Assembly (NCBI GenBank): GCA_034669905.1
Contig: JAXMOL010000012.1
Span: forward strand, 32,001 to 96,000
Direction of reading: 5' to 3'
Length of the DNA stretch: 64,000 bases
From: Candidatus Hydrogenedentota bacterium
GTDB taxonomy: Bacteria > Hydrogenedentota > Hydrogenedentia > Hydrogenedentales > JAEUWI01
Shown: piece after piece, positions 56,838 to 64,000 of the stretch
Numbering within the stretch: position 1 is the stretch's first letter
Layout of the letters: every line of letters starts with the position of its first letter
Translations under genes and position numbers: made by a program
The notes under the pieces: generated by a model
Told to the model about the DNA's origin: nothing
The model's database searches: none
What the model saw: the letters and a program-made list of their open reading frames with translations, nothing else

Positions 56838-57789
56838 GGCCCAGCAGCGCCCCGGGAATGAATATTAAGACCTGGGGTACGAGGAAGAGGCGGGTCTCTG
56901 GCGCGTGGGCCAGGGCAAAGTGGACCGGGAACCACACGGGGACCACGGCCCAGAAAAAGCGGCGTAAGGTAACGGGCCAGGCCTTCCAGGAGGCCAGGGC
57001 CATAAGGGGCAGGAGACCCAGCGTGGCGAAGAGGAAGACCCACGTGCGCCACCAGGTCAGGTTGAAGGTCAGCAGGGGCAAGATGGGCTCTTTGCCCGCC
57101 GTGGGTACAATGTAGGGCCGCATGCCGTAGACGAGGCGCAGCCCGCCCACGATGGCCAGCCAGAGCAGAAGACAGCTCGCGACAATCCAAAGGATTTTCT
57201 TCGGCGGTAGCTTGAACCCAGGCTTGAGCACCACATGGCTGAAGAGCAGCATCATGGGGATGCAGCCGCTGGTCTCCCGGTTAAAGGGTGCAATGACCAT
57301 GAGGGGGAGGAGCCACAGGGGACGCTCGTAGAGAATGAGTAGCCCGGCAGCCAGGAAGATGCTCATGTCCGTATAGGTATTGAAGGTCATGTCCGTGTCG
57401 TAAAGCCCATGACACATGCCCCACGTGAGGAGTCCAATGCCCAGGAGCCCTTCGAGCGTATGGAGTCCCAGTTTCCGGTAGTACCAGACGGCCAGATTGA
57501 GGGAGACCATGCTCTGCACAAAGCGGAAGAGGATGAAGGCCATGCCAATGGGCCGTTCGATGCCCACCGCTTCAAAGAGGCGCACCAGCCCGTAGACCAT
57601 CCCCTCGGTGAAGAGCCGGTATTGCCACGGCGTCCCACTCTCACCGTTGATGACGCGTAAGGTCCGTTCCCACTGGACGGTCTCGTACCAGTCCAGCCCC
57701 ATGAAGGTAATCTGATAGTGGACGAAATACACGCTGAGGAAGAGGGTGCTGCCCAGCACAAGCAAAATTTGGCGGGAGCTATCACGCAT
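56779..57789 (-). CDS. Polytopic membrane protein, probable small GT-C type
   Basis: PWQYRL, YTD, NRET, ETRL motifs; many TM segments. Confidence 0.7.
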   Translation of the reverse strand: MRDSSRQILLVLGSTLFLSVYFVHYQITFMGLDWYETVQWERTLRVINGESGTPWQYRLFTEGMVYGLVRLFEAVGIERPIGMAFILFRFVQSMVSLNLAVWYYRKLGLHTLEGLLGIGLLTWGMCHGLYDTDMTFNTYTDMSIFLAAGLLILYERPLWLLPLMVIAPFNRETSGCIPMMLLFSHVVLKPGFKLPPKKILWIVASCLLLWLAIVGGLRLVYGMRPYIVPTAGKEPILPLLTFNLTWWRTWVFLFATLGLLPLMALASWKAWPVTLRRFFWAVVPVWFPVHFALAHAPETRLFLVPQVLIFIPGALLGLRYYGTRSPEDPSPAPPVS

Positions 57790-57918
57790 CGACGTGCCCC
57801 CCATCAGTGCCAGGGCCTATAAGAACGTGCCGCGCGATCCCGAGGTACGAGGGTTCGTGCGTGGGGCCGGAGGAATTCATGGCGACGACCAGGACTACTC
57901 TTCGCAATCGGAGTGATT

Positions 57919-58989
57919 TCATGCCGCCGCCTCCGATTGATCCCGCGTGCCCTGCAACGCGGACAGTCCACATAGCATCCCCGGCACAAACACCAACACC
58001 ATGGGCAACAACAGCACACGGGATTGGTCCAGCGGCGCGCAGAGGAGGTGCCCCAGGAACCAGACAGGCACCACGGCCCAGCATAAAGGCCGGAGCAGAG
58101 GATGCCATTGGCGCCAGGTGACCAGAGCGAGAAGGGGCACAAGGCCCAACGTCCCCGCGACGTGCCCCCAGGCAGCGTCACTCCCCAGGTTGTAGCGCAG
58201 CATGGATAGGCCCGGCGTGGCACCGGAGGGATGAACCGCCCAATCGCGTGGCCCGAAATAAAGATGCAAGGCAAGCTGTATCATCCCGAAGAGAACGAGG
58301 GAGGCCGCAGCTGTACGAAGCAACGCTCTTGAGCGCGGGGCGAATCCAGAGAGCGCATAGGCCCCAGCCATCAGGGGTAAGAGTAGGGCGGTCTCGCGGT
58401 TCAATGCCGCCAACACGGTGATTAGAATGAGGGCGTAATAACGCTGATGAAGGAGGGCCAGGGCCGCGAGCAGGTAGAAGAGCATATCGGTGTAGGCGTC
58501 GAAGGCCAGGGTCGAACCGTAGTTGCTCTGGGTCATGCCCCATGCCAGGGCGCTGAGTCCGATAACAATGGCGTAGGGGGTGAGCTTGAGGGCCCGGTAA
58601 TACCCATAGGCCAGCCCGAAGAGGGCGAAATTCTGCAAGAGTCGCAGGAGCACCAAGGTGACACCCACCGCGCGAGGGATGCCCACAAGTTCGCCCGTTG
58701 GGCAGTCGGCCCTTACCCAACGGCACGGGACACGAATCGCCTCGGTTACCCGACACATCGCTACCACCACATTGTCTGTCAGCACCCGAAACTGATCCGG
58801 CGCGGGTGCTTCCCCCGCCACGACCGCCTCCAGCCGGGGCATATAGTTCGCTTCCTGCCAGCCCAGTCCCTCGGTCTTTATCTGGCTGAACCCGGTGATA
58901 AGGGAGAGCAGGAGCAGGGCGATAACTATCGCACTGCCCGGGGCCATCGGGTGTTTTCGAATCCGTTCGAACACGTTGGGGTCTCTCAT
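57919..58989 (-). CDS. Polytopic membrane protein, paralogue of the downstream gene
   Basis: APDQFRVL, YTD, NRET, WAVVPVWF shared with 56779-57789. Confidence 0.7.
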   Translation of the reverse strand: MRDPNVFERIRKHPMAPGSAIVIALLLLSLITGFSQIKTEGLGWQEANYMPRLEAVVAGEAPAPDQFRVLTDNVVVAMCRVTEAIRVPCRWVRADCPTGELVGIPRAVGVTLVLLRLLQNFALFGLAYGYYRALKLTPYAIVIGLSALAWGMTQSNYGSTLAFDAYTDMLFYLLAALALLHQRYYALILITVLAALNRETALLLPLMAGAYALSGFAPRSRALLRTAAASLVLFGMIQLALHLYFGPRDWAVHPSGATPGLSMLRYNLGSDAAWGHVAGTLGLVPLLALVTWRQWHPLLRPLCWAVVPVWFLGHLLCAPLDQSRVLLLPMVLVFVPGMLCGLSALQGTRDQSEAAA

Positions 58990-59014
58990 CTGCAAGTTGG
59001 GCCTATCCTAGCAC

Positions 59015-59310
59015 GGGCAGGGGGAGGGGATCCCCCCCAGGGACGTTCTGCCGCAGGGGGATGTGCATAGGGTGATTGTCTTTGAGAAAACCGCACCATG
59101 TAGTTCGGTGGGTTGTGTATAACGCGGCAGCATGTCCCGGTGGCGCAGGGGGAGCTTATGGGTGCAGCGTGCAGATGGCGTCGCGTTGTCGTCCTTTTCC
59201 CACCGGGACAGGAACGCGCCTTGGTGTGGGCGGGTTTACCGTGGCGTGGACGTGATGGCACCGTCATCGTGCGGGTAATTTGACGGGCCCCGTGCGCGAT
59301 ACCGTCCCGG
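59015..59310. repeat. Non-coding repeat mosaic related to 235-1420
   Basis: gggacgttctgccgcaggggg, gcggcagcatgtcccggtgg, caccgggacaggaacgcgc, gcgcgataccgtccc shared in the same order. Confidence 0.8.
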
Positions 59311-59311
59311 T

Positions 59312-59731
59312 CTACGGTAAGAACCGCGCTTTTTCTTCCGGTGTGGGGAGACGGCAGGTTTCCCTTTGGCCGAAGACGCGGTACCGGTAGCGGGCGACGA
59401 GGCGGTAGACGGGGTCGCGGAGGAATCGCGGGACGAAGCGGGCGAGGCTTAGAAGCCACCAGATGCCACCGAGGCGTTGACACACGGCCAGGGCCGCGTC
59501 GGAGCGGAGTTGGGCACCGTCTTCATCGTAATAGACGAAAGACCAGGTGCGGGCGTCGTCTCCCAGGGGGGGGAGGAGATCCCGCGCCGTTTCGCCCTGA
59601 AGAGACGCAAAGCGGAACTGCTTGTCGCGGTCGAGGCGGAGTAGCAAGTCGACCACGCCATTGCATAGATTGCAGACCCCATCAAAAAAGATGATGGGAT
59701 GGGACTCGGTGGTGTCATCCGACATGGGCAT
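59312..59731 (-). CDS. DCC1-like thiol-disulfide oxidoreductase (DUF393)
   Basis: FFDGVCNLC, FASLQ, RD.VY..VARYRYRVFG. Confidence 0.9.
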   Translation of the reverse strand: MPMSDDTTESHPIIFFDGVCNLCNGVVDLLLRLDRDKQFRFASLQGETARDLLPPLGDDARTWSFVYYDEDGAQLRSDAALAVCQRLGGIWWLLSLARFVPRFLRDPVYRLVARYRYRVFGQRETCRLPTPEEKARFLP

Positions 59732-59818
59732 AGGCTCTTAAGGGCACACTCATGGCCTTGACTCTACCAGAGCGTGGGCTCTGCTACAATAACGGCCCAC
59801 GTACTAAAGGAATAGATT

Positions 59819-60181
59819 ATGCCCAAATATGGCGTTACGCCCCAGAAAGAAGCCGAACTCCTCCGCCGCATGGCGGCCTGTGCGCTCCGCGAGGAAGACC
59901 TGGAAGAGTCCTTCATCCGGGGCAGCGGTTCGGGCGGACAGAAGATTAATAAGACCGCCTCCTGTGTGCAGTTGCTTCATCGCCCCTCAGGACTGGAAGT
60001 GAAGGTGCAAGAGGCCCGCTCCCAGGCGCTCAACCGTTTTTTCGCCCGCCGCCGTCTCTGCGAACTGGTGGAGGAAAAGACGCTGGGGAAGAAAAGTCCG
60101 GAGGCCCTGCGGCAGGAAAAGATCCGGAAACAAAAGAAACGTCGTAAGCGGCGGACCCAGGCAGAGAAGCCCGCAGAATGA
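59819..60181 (+). CDS. Short peptide chain release factor-like peptidyl-tRNA hydrolase (ArfB/C12orf65-like)
   Basis: GSGSGGQKINKT, RSQALNR, basic C-terminal tail. Confidence 0.88.
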   Translation: MPKYGVTPQKEAELLRRMAACALREEDLEESFIRGSGSGGQKINKTASCVQLLHRPSGLEVKVQEARSQALNRFFARRRLCELVEEKTLGKKSPEALRQEKIRKQKKRRKRRTQAEKPAE

Positions 60182-60457
60182 CCGGACGCCTCGAAACGAG
60201 GTCCCAGGCAAACAACGGGGTAAAGCGAGGTGCCCCGGATCATGCTGTCACCCCATCCCACGCGACTGCCGGTCGGGGCGCAGCGTCGCCGGGGAGCGTT
60301 CGTGCGTGAATCATCGCGGCGAATATGCAACAAATTCTGGCAAGGACCATTGCGACCACCCCAAGCGCACGAGCCCGCGTAGCTCGGGATCGCGCGGCAC
60401 GTTTTTTGTCAAAGGTTACGAGCAAAATAAACACCTTCCCATTTTTCCCATGAACCG

Positions 60458-60491
60458 AAAAAACGCCGCAGCCCGAAGGCCACGGCGTTTT
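60458..60491 (-). terminator. Terminator (UUCG loop), possibly bidirectional
   Basis: Minus strand aaaacgccgtggcc-ttcg-ggctgcggcgtttttt. Confidence 0.8.
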
Positions 60492-60511
60492 CGATAGAAA
60501 CAGGATAGGGA

Positions 60512-61804
60512 CTAGGCGATGGTGGGCACCACGAAGTCGGGGTGATAATCGCGCTTGAGGAAGCTGTTGGCTTCGTCGTCGGCGAACTTAAGGGCCTTCG
60601 GGTCGAATTCCAGCGAGCGGCCCAGGCGGTAGGAGGTATTCGCCAGGTGGCAGCAGGTGCAGCTCATATGGGCATCATCCATCGTGCCTTTGATTTCACC
60701 CTTGTCACGGGACTTCACCGCATTGATGAAGTTCTGGAAGTGACTTGGTGCTTCGGGGGTGGGGTACTTGCTCGCATCGAGTTCGATAGGCTGGTTCTTC
60801 GTGTCGAAGAAGCCCTTGCCTTCCACATAGTAACCGCCCTCGCCGTAGAAGAGGTTACCCACGTTCACACCGGCTTCGTCATTGGTCCATCGATTGCGGA
60901 CTTCGAAGACCAGCATGGTGCCGTCGTCGTAGGTGAAGGTGGCGACATTGGTGTTGGGCGTTTCGGCCTGATCGTCATAGGTATACCGGCCACCGGCGCT
61001 GTAGACTTTGGACGGGATGCCCTTGTTCATACCCCACGCGGCCACATCCATCTGGTGTACGCCCTGGTTGCCGATTTCACCGTTGCCGTAGTGCCAGAAC
61101 CAGTGCCAGCTATAGGGATGGTAGAGCTTGTTGTAGGGCTGTTCCGACGCGGGGCCCTGCCAGAGGCGCCAATCGAGACCGTTGGGCGCTTCTTTGTTGG
61201 GCTCATGGCCCAGGGAGCCGCGGTTGCCATTCTTGTAGCCGAGGGCACGGGCCGTGTGGATGTCACCGATGATCTCACCGGACTGGAGGAGGGGAATATC
61301 CCGGAGCCAGGCGGTCTTGGAACGGCTTTGCGTACCATGCTGGATGATGCGGTCACTGGATGCGGCCAGCTTGGCCAACTGATGACTCTCAAAGACCTCG
61401 TGGGAGGCCGGCTTTTCGACGTAGACGTCTTTACCTGCTTCCACGGCCCACACGGTGGCGAGGGTGTGCCAGTGATTGGGAGTGGCAATGGAGACCGCGT
61501 CGATGTTGGGGTCCTGCAGCGCTTCGCGAATGTCGGTATAGCGCTTAATCTGGATTCCGTATTTCTTTTCGTACCCGTCGGCCTTCATCTTCAGGATGCG
61601 CGCGTCGGCATCACAAAAGGCATACATGTTGGTGTCGGGCGAATCGATCCAGGCCTTGATGTGGGCGTTGCCCCGACCATTCACCCCCATGACGAGCATG
61701 TTGATCTTTTCGTTGGCCCCTTCCACTTTTCCTTTGACCATGGTGCCAGCGGCGACCACCGCCGCAGCGGATGTGCCGAGGAAGCTTCTTCTCGAGAGTG
61801 TCAT
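60512..61804 (-). CDS. Tat-exported Gfo/Idh/MocA oxidoreductase
   Basis: SRRSFL signal, GVNGRG, IATPNHWH, DVYVEKP, NQGVHQMD. Confidence 0.92.
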   Translation of the reverse strand: MTLSRRSFLGTSAAAVVAAGTMVKGKVEGANEKINMLVMGVNGRGNAHIKAWIDSPDTNMYAFCDADARILKMKADGYEKKYGIQIKRYTDIREALQDPNIDAVSIATPNHWHTLATVWAVEAGKDVYVEKPASHEVFESHQLAKLAASSDRIIQHGTQSRSKTAWLRDIPLLQSGEIIGDIHTARALGYKNGNRGSLGHEPNKEAPNGLDWRLWQGPASEQPYNKLYHPYSWHWFWHYGNGEIGNQGVHQMDVAAWGMNKGIPSKVYSAGGRYTYDDQAETPNTNVATFTYDDGTMLVFEVRNRWTNDEAGVNVGNLFYGEGGYYVEGKGFFDTKNQPIELDASKYPTPEAPSHFQNFINAVKSRDKGEIKGTMDDAHMSCTCCHLANTSYRLGRSLEFDPKALKFADDEANSFLKRDYHPDFVVPTIA

Positions 61805-62027
61805 GTCATTTCTCCATTGTTGGCGGTTGTGGAAAATACACCGACCCGAAACCGCCGGCAGTTGGTTGGTGCCAGGGAGACGCAATACTGGATGGGTGTC
61901 TGGCAACAGAGGAGGTTGCGTCCTTCGCCCTGCCGCCCTATACTCATCTCTATTGTTACGGATTCTCCGCCGGATTTCAAGCCATCCCGGCGTGTCTTTT
62001 TGCCCCATCGTTCCGGAGTTCCCCGCT

Positions 62028-63245
62028 GTGTCTGAATCTCGCTCCCTCTCACTTCAGGCGCGGGTGGTATTATCGCTCAACGTGCTCTACAACGTGGCCG
62101 ACGCGTTGTGCAGCGTCTTCGTAGGTGTCTATCTCTGGGTCAACAGCCACGACATCAACGTGGTCTGCTTCCACTATCTTGCCCTCTATCTCGTGACGCC
62201 CGCCGTGTATCTGTTCGCGGGGTGGTATTCCCAACGCTTCGACCGGCTCCACGTGTTCCGGATTGGGGTGGCGCTCCACGGGGCCTATTACGGCCTTCTA
62301 CTCTGGCTGCAGGCGGATGCCGCCCAGCACACCGTGGCCCTCGGTGCCATGCTCGGTGTGGCCTGGGGATTCTTCTGGGCCGGAAACAATACCTTCAACT
62401 ACGATGTGGTCGATGCCGGGCGCCGGGACTACTTTTTTGGCTGGATGAACGCCCTGGTGGGTATTGCACGTTTCGGTGCTCCGGCCGTGAGTGCGGTCGT
62501 GCTCTACCTGGCCCCGGTGGAGGAAACGGGCTATCAGATCTTGTTCGGCGTGGCGGCCCTGCTCTACGGCGTGCTCGTCGCGGGGAGCTTCTTCATCGAC
62601 CGCGATGCGGGCGGTCGTCCCTTCCGACTGAAACGGGCCCTCTTTCCCGGGCGGGATCAGCGCGACTGGCGCCTCGTGATGTGGGCCTCTGCGACCCAGG
62701 CAGGGTCCTTTCACATTTTCTACTTTCTGCTTGGCCTGGCCATGTATATCGAGACCGACAGTGCCACGACGGTCGGGGCCTTTACCGCCTTTCAATTCCT
62801 GGCCGGTATTCTGGTCTCTCTGGCGATAGGGAAATATATCACGCCCCAGACCCGGCGGCCCGCGATGGCCGTGGCCGCGGCGCTGCTTGTGGTGGCCGGG
62901 GCCATCATCGGATGGGACATTACCGTGGTAACGCTCGTGGTATTTGGCTTCATTCGTTCGATTGCCCTGCCGCTCTTCATGATTCCCTTTTCCAGCATTC
63001 GGCTCGACGTCATTGACCACTGTGCCGAAGAGCCGGCCCAACGTATCGAGTACATGTGTGCGAGCGAAGTGCCCCTGGCGGTGGGGCGCGTCGTCATGAT
63101 GAGCGCGCTGATTCTGCTCTCCGCGCAGCTCGATGAGTTGGGAATTCGCATCGCGCTCTTCCTGCTGTGTGCTAACCGAATTCTCACCTATCTCCTAATT
63201 GTCAGGACGAGTGTGGTTGAAAATGGAGAAAAGGTGGTAAGATAA
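62028..63245 (+). CDS. MFS transporter
   Basis: About 12 hydrophobic segments; GTG after GGAG; GFFWAG...D..RRDYFFG. Confidence 0.75.
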   Translation: MSESRSLSLQARVVLSLNVLYNVADALCSVFVGVYLWVNSHDINVVCFHYLALYLVTPAVYLFAGWYSQRFDRLHVFRIGVALHGAYYGLLLWLQADAAQHTVALGAMLGVAWGFFWAGNNTFNYDVVDAGRRDYFFGWMNALVGIARFGAPAVSAVVLYLAPVEETGYQILFGVAALLYGVLVAGSFFIDRDAGGRPFRLKRALFPGRDQRDWRLVMWASATQAGSFHIFYFLLGLAMYIETDSATTVGAFTAFQFLAGILVSLAIGKYITPQTRRPAMAVAAALLVVAGAIIGWDITVVTLVVFGFIRSIALPLFMIPFSSIRLDVIDHCAEEPAQRIEYMCASEVPLAVGRVVMMSALILLSAQLDELGIRIALFLLCANRILTYLLIVRTSVVENGEKVVR

Positions 63246-63359
63246 GAGCAGGGAGGGGCTTGTTGTCATCGTAGGTGTCGTGGGGAGGGCCCGTGACAGT
63301 CGGAAATGCGTGCCGGACGAAGTGAGCCGTTCGGGCAACAGGTCGAGGGGCTTTTTGGA

Positions 63360-64000
63360 TTGGCTACAAAGAAGTCAACACTGAAGCGCTATAGCGTCAC
63401 ATGTAAGTGTGGCAACAAGATGCGTGTCCGCAGTCGCCATTTCGGGCGCATGTGTCGGTGCACGGTGTGTGAATTTCCCATTTATGTGACATTCTACAAC
63501 GTGACGCCCCCCGTCCATCCGTCCGACCGCGAAGTGCTCCACCATTACGACGCCGATTCCATCCCGTTTAATTGGAACAAGGGTGATCTCCTGATGGAGA
63601 TGTACGACGTTCGCGAAGAGCTCGGTCGGGGGGGGATGGGGGTAGTCCACCGCGTCCACCATCGGGGTTGGGGCATTGATGTGGCCGTCAAGAGTCCCAA
63701 GAAGCGGCTGGTCTCCGAGCAGGGCTGGGTCGACACCTTCGAACACGAGTGCGAAACCTGGACCAACCTGCCCCCGCACCCCAACACGGTGGTGTGTTAT
63801 TGTGTGCGCCGTCTGGGTGACATCCCCCGTGTGTTCGTGGAACTCGTTGAGGGGCAAGACCTGGGGCGATTGATCAAAGAAAAAACGCTCTACGCGGGGG
63901 ATAGTGATGCGGTTATCCACCGCATTCTTGATATTGCCATTCAAGTGGCGCGGGGGCTGCACCATGCCCACGAAAATGGGGTGGTGCACCAGGATGTGAA
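63360..64000 (+). CDS. Ser/Thr protein kinase with N-terminal zinc ribbon (runs off window; absent from ORF track)
   Basis: Own translation from TTG 63360: CKCG..CRCTVC, LGRGGMGVV, VAVKSP, HPN, VVHQDV. Confidence 0.88.
   Translation, partial: MATKKSTLKRYSVTCKCGNKMRVRSRHFGRMCRCTVCEFPIYVTFYNVTPPVHPSDREVLHHYDADSIPFNWNKGDLLMEMYDVREELGRGGMGVVHRVHHRGWGIDVAVKSPKKRLVSEQGWVDTFEHECETWTNLPPHPNTVVCYCVRRLGDIPRVFVELVEGQDLGRLIKEKTLYAGDSDAVIHRILDIAIQVARGLHHAHENGVVHQDV

Overview
Chromosomal 64-kb window of a GC-rich (roughly 60%) diderm bacterium. The long Glu-Gly tracts with a Cys/TM/basic C-terminal tail and the many sulfatase, BNR and GT-C genes suggest Candidatus Hydrogenedentes (inference). Contents: mtlD-lpdA, a YfhO-type membrane protein, a DUF5610 gene, a tRNA-Leu, a 2277-aa SBBP/Ig surface protein, three sulfatases, tamA-tamB, an SDR and a VCBS protein, a GNAT/DUF1778 toxin-antitoxin pair, two BNR sialidase-like proteins, HPt plus REC genes, a decayed yhcG (DUF1016), an imuA-imuB-dnaE2 cassette, a four-helix-bundle gene, a photolyase, an ArnT/LAB_N operon facing an OmpR-type two-component pair, five GT-C-like paralogues in two groups, and the start of a Ser/Thr kinase. 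Most notable: (1) the tRNA-Leu has an AAG (A34) anticodon; (2) the four-helix-bundle gene is enclosed by complementary 9-mer arrays and a 113-bp direct repeat, and the same array sits in frame inside dnaE2; (3) candidate operators and promoters can be read directly (a LexA-like box at imuA, CarH-like repeats at the photolyase, two sigma28-type promoters, an RHH operator at the TA pair); (4) several mosaics of dispersed REP-like repeats. No CRISPR, integrase, transposase or reverse transcriptase was seen. All family calls come from motif recognition, not database searches.
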